Made by a program: the position numbers and the translations under genes
Part shown: positions 19,749 through 28,569 of the stretch, in pieces
Layout of the letters: the number at the start of each line of letters is the position of its first letter
How positions within the stretch are numbered: position 1 is the first letter of the stretch
From: an uncultured archaeon
Lineage (GTDB): Archaea > Asgardarchaeota > Thorarchaeia > Thorarchaeales > Thorarchaeaceae
Direction of reading: 5' to 3'
DNA length: 64,000 nucleotides
Assembly: GCA_964558645.1 (NCBI GenBank)
Contig: CAZLEV010000001.1
Span: 253,568-317,567 of the forward strand
Notes under the pieces: generated by a model
What the model was told of the DNA's origin: nothing
Seen by the model: only the letters and a program-made list of their open reading frames with translations
Databases searched by the model: none

Positions 19749-19841
19749 CTGTTGTCACCTCGAATGAGTCTCCACTCATTCACATCTATCAGTCCATCAG
19801 AGCATTCCAGGTGCATGACGGAACGTCATCTCCCTGCCGAT

Positions 19842-19867
19842 GTAAACTTTGTACCGGCAGACGCCGG
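19842..19867 (-). promoter_or_regulatory. Operator variant CCGGCAGACGCCGG (19854-19867) with TACAAAGTTTAC element
   Basis: Lies between the divergent HAD and methyltransferase genes. Confidence 0.65.
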
Positions 19868-19948
19868 TAGAAGAGAGAATAACACTATTAGCCATCGTTC
19901 TGCTGTTGAACCCTGCAAGACAAGGGGCTCATCCAGAATTCCAAATAG

Positions 19949-20956
19949 GTGACATCGAAGATGTTGAAGACCGTCCAAGGGCTACTGTGCTGTCCGGCCT
20001 GTCATGGGGACTTGGCATGGAGCATTGACGAGGAGATTCAAGAGCGAATGGTTCATACTGAGGTCAGGTGTACCGGGTGTTCACGGGCCTACGCTGTCAC
20101 AGATGAGGTAGGTGTCTTTCTACTGAATGAGACTTCTGATGACGATCTCTGGAAGGTTGTGGAGAGTGGCCTAGCACGGAGACTGAGGGAGAATCCGCAG
20201 TATGAGGAACAACTGATGAACAGTGATTTCTCTTCACTCAATGCAGCGGACAAGCTTTTACATACTACAATCCTCGATGAACGAGGCATGTATGACCTTG
20301 CGAGGGCTAGACGGAAGACTGCTGTAGAAGAGTTGTACCCCTCCCCTTACCGTGAGCAATACAAAGCAAAGAAGGGGCAGCTCCTGACGCTTCTGGCTGA
20401 AGAGAATGCCGTGATAGTAGATCTTGCCTCGGGCATGGCGGGTCTGGCGGAAGCATTTGCTGGGCTCGAAAGCCCCGTTGTCTTCAGTGATATCAGCCCG
20501 AGTGTCCTCTTCAGGAACCAGAAACGACTACGACACTTCGGGCTCTACGACAAGACCAGTCTCTTGGCATTTGATGTCCAAAGGATGCCCTTCCGTGATA
20601 GCTCCATACCTGTCTTCACTTCCAATATCGGTCTCACAAACATACGAGACAGCAAGGGCTTTGTTCAGGAACTCTCGCGCTGCCTGAGAGGAAGGGCATA
20701 CTTCATCACTTTCTTCTTTCCTGACAACGGAGATAGAAACGCTCAGTTGCTGGAGCAGCTAGACATGGAGCTTGCATTTGAAGACAGACTGCAGAAGATT
20801 GCAGAGCGCCATCTGGAGGTCGAGATTCTGTATCGAGCCAGCTCAGAAATAAAGCCCACTGTGCAGAGTGAGATATTCGGTGTCGGGATTGACGCCCTCC
20901 CCGTGGAGCCAACAACGGTGACATGGGCAATAGTCAAGATGGACCCCTACCAGTAG
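19949..20956 (+). CDS. Class I SAM-dependent methyltransferase with N-terminal Zn-ribbon (Trm112-like)
   Basis: CPAC...CTGC; VDLASGMAG; SDIS; FDVQRMPFRDSS. Confidence 0.85.
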   Translation: MTSKMLKTVQGLLCCPACHGDLAWSIDEEIQERMVHTEVRCTGCSRAYAVTDEVGVFLLNETSDDDLWKVVESGLARRLRENPQYEEQLMNSDFSSLNAADKLLHTTILDERGMYDLARARRKTAVEELYPSPYREQYKAKKGQLLTLLAEENAVIVDLASGMAGLAEAFAGLESPVVFSDISPSVLFRNQKRLRHFGLYDKTSLLAFDVQRMPFRDSSIPVFTSNIGLTNIRDSKGFVQELSRCLRGRAYFITFFFPDNGDRNAQLLEQLDMELAFEDRLQKIAERHLEVEILYRASSEIKPTVQSEIFGVGIDALPVEPTTVTWAIVKMDPYQ

Positions 20957-21296
20957 GCTCTTCTCTTTCTCCGACAGAGTCGTCCGTTCCAGAGGTGCAT
21001 GCTCCGGAGCGGATTACGGTAAGATATCCCCGCAGCTGATTGGCATATCCGAATATCCCCCTACTGAGCTTGTCGGCAATGCAATCGATGTCTGAATTCC
21101 GAACGCGCAGGACAAAGACAGATTCGAAACCGCGAAGAACTCATTGCTTGCTGGCGTGGGAAGGGATTTGGGATTTGAGCCAGAAGCCTGGAACAGAGCG
21201 AGCAAGGGGAAAAGCACGGATAGAACTGGTTCTCTTGGACCAATCTCCTCAGGCAATGGCTCAGCTCCGGCGACACGTTCAGAGCCAAGACCTCTC

Positions 21297-22142
21297 CTAG
21301 ATGAGGCGGTCAGTACCGTTCGCTCCCTCGCAACCACTACGGTCCAACTCGTGGCAGAGTCTGAAGGCTGTGACAGCGGTCTCTGTAGTCAGCAGGTTGC
21401 CCCAAGAATCACGGCAACTGAGGAGTCTGAGCAAGACATCCAGCCCGCGCTGGATAACATCATGACCTCCGGGAAGGCCTGCGGCTAGCATCGAATCCAG
21501 CAACCATGTTAGTGGTCGGACGCCAAGGGTGGGTAGCCAGCCAAGGGTCTTTTCCCTGCAGTACTGGATCGTATCCTCATCGATTTCTGCTCGGTCGGGG
21601 TACAGAGACAACAGACTCCATGTGTTATACCATGTTGCGCTCACGAGCTCTCGGTCATGCCACCGCTTGCTCAACCAATCTACCGCGGCGTTGATTAGGG
21701 GTTGGTCTCCGTGACCCAGGGATACCAGTCTCATGGGCACTGCTGCGGTGAAGTAGAACCTGTCGATTTCACTGTCAGACTGTAGCCATTCCTGCGGTGA
21801 GTGTTCCAGTTTCCGGGGAATCTCATAGAATGACCCGTCCGCATCCTGGATAGACCGGAGGAAGGTCACAGTCGTTTCCGTGACCATCGTGTCCTCAAGC
21901 CCGAACTCCCTTAACCATCGCATACAGTGGATGGTACCACCCAGCGAGCCCGTACGGGACTCTTCTTCCTCTGCGTTGGAGTAGTCCCAGCTCCCATTAT
22001 CGAACTGGTATCCCGAGAGAACCTCTGTTGCTCTATTCTTGCTCACCCTGCCCTGTAGGACCCTCTCTAGGCGAATAAGGTCAAGCCGGTTACCACTCTC
22101 TCGGATGTAGTCCAGTATCCCTCTCAGTCGCCTCTTCGACAT
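21297..22142 (-). CDS. Prenyltransferase/squalene-cyclase-repeat (alpha-alpha toroid) protein
   Basis: QW-like motifs YQFDNGSW and IQDADGSF; AAVDWL. Confidence 0.65.
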   Translation of the reverse strand: MSKRRLRGILDYIRESGNRLDLIRLERVLQGRVSKNRATEVLSGYQFDNGSWDYSNAEEEESRTGSLGGTIHCMRWLREFGLEDTMVTETTVTFLRSIQDADGSFYEIPRKLEHSPQEWLQSDSEIDRFYFTAAVPMRLVSLGHGDQPLINAAVDWLSKRWHDRELVSATWYNTWSLLSLYPDRAEIDEDTIQYCREKTLGWLPTLGVRPLTWLLDSMLAAGLPGGHDVIQRGLDVLLRLLSCRDSWGNLLTTETAVTAFRLCHELDRSGCEGANGTDRLI

Positions 22143-22148
22143 GACCTC

Positions 22149-23111
22149 CTATCTCCCATCTCGTTTCTCTCTCAGTTCGACGAGCCTCTCTGCCAGAGTG
22201 CGGATATCGCCAAGATCATTCGCATCATGAACCAGGCGAACCCACCCATGTGGGAGCGTCGAGGGATTGTAGCATGCGGAGAGGCCAGCAGCCATTGAAC
22301 CAACACAATCTGCATCACCCCCGAGACCGGCTGCGCAGATTGCGGCCTGCTCGGCGTGACGGTGGCTGATGAATATGGCCATAGCAGCGCTCACCCCCTC
22401 CCACGCAGTGAAACCCGGATTGAGTCCGAACTTGCGCAACTCCTCTATGTCTGAGCCTTGGGTCACTGTCTGACGAACCCATTCTAGCCGTCGCGACACA
22501 CGGGGACAGTAATCCTCCTCACCAATTTTCGAGTACTCAGAGTGCTGTGCTGCCCTGATGGATGCCTGCAGGATATCTTCAGGTTCTAGGTCTTCAAGCG
22601 CTGCTGAGAAGGCAGCAGCCATCGCACTGGATGCTGCCACGGCACTGCGAGAGTTGTGACTACATCTCACCAGGAGCTCGGCGTCCTTCACAAGTCTATC
22701 GATATGCCGTATGGTGTTGATGATGCCTGCTCCGGCAATCCTGATAGGCGCGCCATTGCCGATACGTGTCATGCGCACTCCCTGCTGAGCGGCTACGACC
22801 AGTCTGCTCCAACTTGGCCATCCCTTCACCTCTTCTGAACAGAGGCTGTTGATCAGATGACTCTCGTCCACGCCTTCTCGTTCAACTATGGATCTCGCAA
22901 CAATGAGTGTCAGCCTTGTGTCATCTGTGACCTCCGCTCTCTTCCAAGAATATCGAGAATTCGGCTGGATCGGCTCTCTGAACTCCTGAATAGGGTCACC
23001 ATATCGGGTGGTAATCTCCGGTGGCCAGAATCCCTCGGTCATCTTTCCGAAGGCATCACCCACTGCTATCCCATTCAGTAGTGCCTCTGTCTTGTCAATT
23101 TGCGCCCTCAT
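22149..23111 (-). CDS. ADP-ribosylglycohydrolase (DraG/ARH family)
   Basis: GDAFG, TDDT, GNGA, GGDADC. Confidence 0.92.
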   Translation of the reverse strand: MRAQIDKTEALLNGIAVGDAFGKMTEGFWPPEITTRYGDPIQEFREPIQPNSRYSWKRAEVTDDTRLTLIVARSIVEREGVDESHLINSLCSEEVKGWPSWSRLVVAAQQGVRMTRIGNGAPIRIAGAGIINTIRHIDRLVKDAELLVRCSHNSRSAVAASSAMAAAFSAALEDLEPEDILQASIRAAQHSEYSKIGEEDYCPRVSRRLEWVRQTVTQGSDIEELRKFGLNPGFTAWEGVSAAMAIFISHRHAEQAAICAAGLGGDADCVGSMAAGLSACYNPSTLPHGWVRLVHDANDLGDIRTLAERLVELREKRDGR

Positions 23112-23177
23112 GCAGTATCACCTTCGCGTGAGTTCTCTGACCTCTTCCAACATCAATGTTTTGACCCTGAATGGGAC

Positions 23178-23657
23178 TCAGGTACAGTCATACGATGAAC
23201 CGTCTGCTAGATGGTGGATGTAGTAGTCGGGTCTTCTAAGAAAGCCCTGTCGCTCGTAGAGGGTGGACTCGGGATTTGCAGCGAGGAGGGTCACCTTGTC
23301 AATCCCCATGCTGCGAGCTTCTTCCAGTACATGACTGAGCAAGAAGCTCGCAATCCCCCGCCCTCTCCAGTGAGGTTCCACGAACATGTTGTGGAGATAC
23401 GCATCCAGACCATTGGGATTCCGACTGGTGGGCAGAGTGTGCATCAATCCAAGAGCACATCCTCCGACCACATGTCCGCCGTTGTGCGCGAGATAGCAGA
23501 TGAGTGCGTTTTCCCAGTTCTTCTTCAGGTAGTCCCTCACAAATCCAGCCGTCAGCTCAAGCGACATATCATCCCATCCCATTGTTCGGAGCATCTCAAC
23601 CCGATGACGGACAACGAGTTCAGTGTGTTCAGGACCGGATCGAATCACATAGACCAT
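23178..23657 (-). CDS. GNAT acetyltransferase
   Basis: YLHNMFVEPHWRGRGIA...LYERQGF. Confidence 0.92.
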   Translation of the reverse strand: MVYVIRSGPEHTELVVRHRVEMLRTMGWDDMSLELTAGFVRDYLKKNWENALICYLAHNGGHVVGGCALGLMHTLPTSRNPNGLDAYLHNMFVEPHWRGRGIASFLLSHVLEEARSMGIDKVTLLAANPESTLYERQGFLRRPDYYIHHLADGSSYDCT

Positions 23658-23718
23658 AGTTCACATCTTCCTACAGATTTTGCAGGGGTTTCGTTGTTCG
23701 TGCTGAGTGGAAGTCTCC

Positions 23719-23770
23719 GAGTCCTCGGGGTGCCCCGGCAGCACTTTTGCCGAGGCACAAAGAAGTACTC
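23719..23770 (-). ncRNA. Conserved hairpin in the GNAT 5' leader (candidate cis-regulatory RNA)
   Basis: GCCUCGGCA-aaagugc-UGCCGGGGC plus outer GAGU/ACUC stem. Confidence 0.45.
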
Positions 23771-23883
23771 GCAGTTCTTCCAGAGGGTGACTCTGTCCCA
23801 GGAGAGATAGAGAGTGTGCGTCTCATCGGTTCACCATATCGTGACCGGCCTTGCTATGAGGTTTAGGACTTCTTAGTGTAGTG

Positions 23884-23897
23884 CCGTCACATGACGG
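23884..23897. promoter_or_regulatory. Palindromic operator (TG)CCGTCACATGACGG(CA)
   Basis: Perfect 8-bp arms; between the divergent GNAT operon and the CoaB-like operon. Confidence 0.8.
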
Positions 23898-23984
23898 CAG
23901 AAGCAAGAAACGAGTCTTCGTATATCGAGATCCGAAGACCTGCGAAGTCTTCGTACTGGCATATCGATACTTCGCAAGCAGGAG

Positions 23985-24740
23985 ATGGAGACAAGAAGAA
24001 TGACACACTGCAAGAGTGACTGTGAAAGAGTGGAAGGGCTTCTAGCTGGCTGGAGTCTGTTGGTAACAGCAGGGCCGACTAGAGGATGGGTAGACAGGAT
24101 ACGTTTCCTCACTACACCGTCTACGGGGAAGATGGGGCTGGCTGTGGCACAGTGCGCCCGTGACCTAGGGGCAGAGGTAGCGTTGGTCATAGGACCCAAC
24201 AACCTGCCGGCTCCCGAGGGCATTGAGGTGTACGACGTGGAAACACCTGACGAGATGAAAGGGATGGTCATGAGTCTGCTTCGAAAGAAGATGATTCATG
24301 GGCTGGTCGCTGCAGCGTCCGTACTTGACTATGTTCCTGAGCATGTGGAGAATCGCAGGATTCCCTCGGGTGCAAGAGAGTTTGCAGTCAGGTTTAGGCC
24401 CACTGCAAAGGTCATCAATGAGGCAAGGTTGAGACACAAGGACCTGTACATCGTTGCCTTCAAGACGGAATGGGCCCTAGATGACAGCGAGCTTCACATG
24501 TCAGCCAGGGAATTGATGGACTCGGGAGTGGCCAACGTGGTCGTAGCCAATGATGCAGCAAGAAAGGGGGCTGGGTTTGGCTGGGACACTAACCAAGTCT
24601 TGATTACGGGACCAGGCGAATCATCTGAGATTCTCCCCCTCATGTCGAAGGAAGACGTATCTTATCATCTGCTCAATCGCATCGCAAGGGACATCAGTGA
24701 CTGGTGCCAAGAGAGACGCATAGGCGGTCCGCATCGATGA
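23985..24740 (+). CDS. Stand-alone phosphopantothenate-cysteine ligase (CoaB/DFP domain)-like protein
   Basis: VTAGPT...DRIRF...STGKMG, AAASVLDY, AFKTE, VVAND; no CoaC flavoprotein domain. Confidence 0.85.
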   Translation: METRRMTHCKSDCERVEGLLAGWSLLVTAGPTRGWVDRIRFLTTPSTGKMGLAVAQCARDLGAEVALVIGPNNLPAPEGIEVYDVETPDEMKGMVMSLLRKKMIHGLVAAASVLDYVPEHVENRRIPSGAREFAVRFRPTAKVINEARLRHKDLYIVAFKTEWALDDSELHMSARELMDSGVANVVVANDAARKGAGFGWDTNQVLITGPGESSEILPLMSKEDVSYHLLNRIARDISDWCQERRIGGPHR

Positions 24741-25750
24741 AGACCATGACGGTTGAGAACAAGCGTTTTAGCTGGGGTCGAGTGGAGAGCAAAGAGGAGT
24801 TTCAGGACTTCGTTCGCGGGCTGGAGCTGCAACCACCTTTCATTGTCAAACCGAACTGGATATGCGAGGACTATGGGCATTTCACCGACCCGCTGGTACT
24901 TGAATGGGTCTTGGAGGCGCTTCATCCCGATGGAGAGCTTGTGGTGACAGAGGCCTATTCAGCCAGAAACATGCTTGTCTGCGGGGCACCCAATACGGTG
25001 AGGTTCAATGAGCAACAACTTGAGATGGTCAGGGAGTCTGAACAGGGCTTCATGGATCGAACGGGTATTGGGGACATTCTTCAAAGGCTGGATGTTGAGT
25101 ATGTGAACGTTGCCGAGGAGATGCTCGCCGGTCGGGCTGTTGAGCCATCGATTGTACGCCAAAGAGTCGTAGACTTCTATGGAGAAGTGGCGAGAGAGGA
25201 GTTCTACACCTTCATCCCTACGAAGCTCTATGCTCTGAGAGAGGGAACTTTCATCAATCTGGCCAAGTTCAAGATCTTCTTCAGTATGTGCACAAAGAAC
25301 GTCTTTGGGATGATTCCCGAGTATGTGGGATATGGCTCCCGTTATGTCTACCATGGGGAGAAGGATATACATCTCTCAGAGAACATTGTAGACATCAACC
25401 GGGTCTATCGTGCACTCTTCAACGTTGTAGGAATCGTAGAAGGGGTTAGAACCTTGAGCTGCGAGCCCGGGAAGGGCACTGCCACTCACTCTTCCAAGTT
25501 CGGCTACGACTATGATGTCATGGAGGACTGCGAGCTCGTCTACTATGGCGACGATCCTCTATGGCTTGATGCTTTCATCCATCAACAATGTGGAAGAGAC
25601 CCCGTCAAGACAGACCATCTTGGGCGCGCACTGCATTTCTTCGAACCATGGCCAGAGAGAGTCCTATCAAGAGCGATAGAGGAAGGAAACCCCCTCCTCA
25701 GATGCTCGGAAGATGAAGAGACAGGTTCTCGTGAATGGGCACCTCTCTGA
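24737..25750 (+). CDS. DUF362-like protein
   Basis: IVKPNW, TDP, INLAKFK, KNVFG..P; ATGA overlap with the upstream gene. Confidence 0.75.
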   Translation: MKTMTVENKRFSWGRVESKEEFQDFVRGLELQPPFIVKPNWICEDYGHFTDPLVLEWVLEALHPDGELVVTEAYSARNMLVCGAPNTVRFNEQQLEMVRESEQGFMDRTGIGDILQRLDVEYVNVAEEMLAGRAVEPSIVRQRVVDFYGEVAREEFYTFIPTKLYALREGTFINLAKFKIFFSMCTKNVFGMIPEYVGYGSRYVYHGEKDIHLSENIVDINRVYRALFNVVGIVEGVRTLSCEPGKGTATHSSKFGYDYDVMEDCELVYYGDDPLWLDAFIHQQCGRDPVKTDHLGRALHFFEPWPERVLSRAIEEGNPLLRCSEDEETGSREWAPL

Positions 25751-25856
25751 TCCAGGAGAACTGGGTAGTGGGTGTTGCCTATCCCGTGGTCAGAGGAAAT
25801 GACACTCATGTTCTGCCGGCCCTCGTAGACATCAGGCATCGCGGGGTACCGGTAGC

Positions 25857-26894
25857 TCAGTGGTGGGATGGCCGCTCTCTCATCCGAATGGCTTCGGAGG
25901 GACAGACCGATGCGCACAGGCCGCATCCATAGCAGAGATCTGCCGGAGCATGGGCAAGTCCGCTCCTGAGTATCATGCACCCGAATGGGCAGGACTCAAT
26001 ACAGACACCGCACCCGATGCACAGATCATGATCAACGGATGCGAGATACCCTGAAGGCTTGATACAACCTCTCATGCCGAATCTTAGGAGGGCCTGGAAC
26101 TCATGGCAACAACACGCACAGCAGCTGCAGATGGCGTTTGCTTTCTGCTGAGTTGAAAACAGTGTCATGGTGACAAGGCCTTTTCCGTTTCCCATGTTCA
26201 TCACATCCAACGCGTCGCTGATGGTCAGAGGCCTCGCCTGACCGCGGGACAGATGATACTGCGCAACCTCATCGAGGAGGATGCAGGTATCCAGAGGCCC
26301 TTCGCATTGCCCAGACAGCTTCCGGCATGTGCATTCCGTGAGTGCTATCTTCTCCGCCTGTTCCAATACACGTCTCCGCATGTCATGGTCCAAGACCTGT
26401 CTCTGAACCGGAAGTGTCTTCTGTACCGGAATCACCTCAGACGAGTGCTCCAGCCTACCTTTCTTCATTCTTGACGCAATTGTCATCACATAATACCTGT
26501 TGTAGTACTGCCTCAACTTCTCACGCTGCCCCGCATCTAAGTGATCCAGCCGGCCCTCCTTGAGCTGTGTCTTGACTATCTCAGGGAGAGGCCTCATCAT
26601 ATAGCGTGTCTTCGTGTCTGTTGTGGACCGTGAGATGAAGCCTGTCAGGTACAGTCTACCGACCCGCTCACGGACTCTATCAGGAACATCACCGCCGAGG
26701 ACGTGATTCATCTCATCTACAGTGCGAGGTGTTCGGGCAATCGAGGCAAGAATTCGTAGCTCGTCCGATGAGAGAAGATGGTTCAGCGTACGCTGTAGTA
26801 TGACCGATACGGCTGGTGTTCGAAGGGGGAGTTCGGGAGACCGTTCTTCTTTCAGTTCCACCATCACCTGCTGTGACTCTGCAGACGATTCCAC
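25857..26894 (-). CDS. 4Fe-4S dicluster protein with N-terminal winged-helix-like region
   Basis: CTCR...C...C, ICSCCACCC, CIGCGVCIESCP, CYGCGLCASVCP; GGAGG RBS. Confidence 0.9.
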   Translation of the reverse strand: MESSAESQQVMVELKEERSPELPLRTPAVSVILQRTLNHLLSSDELRILASIARTPRTVDEMNHVLGGDVPDRVRERVGRLYLTGFISRSTTDTKTRYMMRPLPEIVKTQLKEGRLDHLDAGQREKLRQYYNRYYVMTIASRMKKGRLEHSSEVIPVQKTLPVQRQVLDHDMRRRVLEQAEKIALTECTCRKLSGQCEGPLDTCILLDEVAQYHLSRGQARPLTISDALDVMNMGNGKGLVTMTLFSTQQKANAICSCCACCCHEFQALLRFGMRGCIKPSGYLASVDHDLCIGCGVCIESCPFGCMILRSGLAHAPADLCYGCGLCASVCPSEAIRMRERPSHH

Positions 26895-27135
26895 TCAGAG
26901 GCCTCCTCCGCGCCGGTCCGCGGGTGATTCTTTCCGGAGTCTACGAGCCGTACTTTCCGGTCATGACTGATTCGGATTGGCCTGTGCCAATTCATCGGGT
27001 CATTCGTGGGAGGATGCCCCTCATCGTCGTATCTGCATGTCTTGTTGGGTCCGGGAGCAGTCCTGCAAGAGGCCCTACCTATCCTGACTGTTCGGACCGT
27101 TCTTGACCTTCATAGAACATGGTTCGATCTCTCTA

Positions 27136-27161
27136 GTAAACTTTGTACCGACAGGTGACAG
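27136..27161 (-). promoter_or_regulatory. Operator CCGACAGGTGACAG (27148-27161) with TACAAAGTTTAC element
   Basis: Third copy of the shared 15-mer. Confidence 0.7.
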
Positions 27162-27255
27162 CAGCGGGTCAAGAGGAGGAGTAGAAGATGCACTCAGGAG
27201 AGCGATGAGAGGTGTGTTCGCACTCATCTGGCCTGGAGTGGAGGAGGGGCACCGT

Positions 27256-27453
27256 CTAGCGTCGCCACAAGGCAAGGACCCTCGCCTTGTGCTTCTCAAG
27301 CTCTTTCAGATGCTCCTCACTTACTCGGTGAAAATCGGGGTAGTCCCGTGAACAATCAGCGGGGACTTGCTTCTCGTTCTCAGGGGTGATTTCCTCCTCA
27401 TCTGCTTCATTCGCTTCACATGGGCCCCTGCGTTTCTTGACTAGTCGTGTCAT
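27256..27453 (-). CDS. Small hypothetical protein
   Basis: 65-aa charged ORF directly behind operator 27502. Confidence 0.4.
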   Translation of the reverse strand: MTRLVKKRRGPCEANEADEEEITPENEKQVPADCSRDYPDFHRVSEEHLKELEKHKARVLALWRR

Positions 27454-27501
27454 GTTGGGTCTTCACGACATCACCCACTGGAAATCGTCGTAAGTCTTGC
27501 A

Positions 27502-27515
27502 CCGGCATGTGACAG
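27502..27515. promoter_or_regulatory. Operator CCGGCATGTGACAG
   Basis: Followed on the minus strand by TGCAAGACTTAC. Confidence 0.7.
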
Positions 27516-27637
27516 TACTATCCCGGTTATAGAGGAGAGAACTTGGAGATTGAGGGGTGCTCAAGGTCATGAGGACTGTTGACTCAATCTGGGCCATATG
27601 AAACAGATCTGTCAGAGGAAGAGAATCTCACTTCTTT

Positions 27638-28384
27638 TCAGGCCTCGAGTCGAGGAAAGGACTCGATGACCCGACTGAGATTGATCTCCTCTCGCTTCGA
27701 TTCGGGGGCCTTTCTGAAGAGTTCTAGATAGGGAACGAGGGCTGCAACGAGCTTGTTCTCAGCCTTTCTGAGATGCTCCTGGAATGTCGTTCGAACTACA
27801 TCAGCTTTCCTAGATATGGTCCGAACATCTGCCCCGCGCGGTATCTGATAATACCCGTTGGTATAGGCTGTGAGGAGAGCGTCGATCTGCTTGTCTGTAA
27901 GATCAGAAAAGAGGGCATCAGCTGTGAGAGTCAGAGAGCTTGCTATGAATCCGTCAAAGGGCACCTTTCGAAGTATCTCTGACTCAATCCCGCGCTTGTC
28001 CAACAGCCGCATCATCTCAGAGAAGTGGCTCTGTTTGAATGCCACCAGACGGTAGTGTTCCCATCCCTCCATGTACACAACGGGACTGATCTGAAGGAGG
28101 TTGCAGGAGTCAAAGAGGACGCTGACCGAGTTATCTTCAGTGCACTGGCAGTCCTTGGTGACTGCGTGTATGTTTCCACAGTCAGAGAAATGCTCCACAG
28201 TTGTGCCAATCGAAGCTGCGGCCTCAAGAAGTCCATCGATGTCCTCATAACCGTGAGTCACGAACTCCATGATCTCATGGTGGCGGTTACACCAGAGAAA
28301 CATCTTCACGTCGGGAAAGCGCCGCGAGAGATTCGCGAATGGGCAATCGTGTGTGAGCCTCAGCAGAATCTCAAACATCGTCAT
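27638..28384 (-). CDS. HTH_10 (Bat/NarO/DmsR-type) transcriptional regulator with Cys/His-rich N-domain
   Basis: LTDKQIDALLTAYTNGYYQIPR...TTFQEHLRKAENKL; HDCPF, WCN, HFSDCGNIH, DCQC. Confidence 0.93.
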   Translation of the reverse strand: MTMFEILLRLTHDCPFANLSRRFPDVKMFLWCNRHHEIMEFVTHGYEDIDGLLEAAASIGTTVEHFSDCGNIHAVTKDCQCTEDNSVSVLFDSCNLLQISPVVYMEGWEHYRLVAFKQSHFSEMMRLLDKRGIESEILRKVPFDGFIASSLTLTADALFSDLTDKQIDALLTAYTNGYYQIPRGADVRTISRKADVVRTTFQEHLRKAENKLVAALVPYLELFRKAPESKREEINLSRVIESFPRLEA

Positions 28385-28449
28385 ATGACAATACTAGCGT
28401 TCTGTCCATATATGCTCTGAGCCGTCACGTGACAGCACTACGCATAAAT
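28378..28449. promoter_or_regulatory. Paired operators (28378-28391 over the ATG; 28422-28435) with TATA-like elements on both sides of 28422
   Basis: CATATAT on the minus side and CATAAAT on the plus side, each starting at the 8th nt from the operator. Confidence 0.8.
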
Positions 28450-28569
28450 GATTCTTGACAGGCAATATCCGCGGGTTGCAGGTTGTCGACTGTGGCTGGT
28501 CAAATTGGCTTGGCCAACCACTTATCAGCAGAGTATCAACTCAGTCGGCAGACTTGGAGGCTGGATGAG

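Noticed and set aside
20960-21295. Short ORFs downstream of the prenyltransferase-like gene
   Set aside because: No recognisable motif; several conflicting frames
11910-28435. Palindromes as CRISPR repeats, MITEs or integron attC sites
   Set aside because: Only 14 bp, irregularly spaced and promoter-positioned; no cas, transposase or integrase gene is seen
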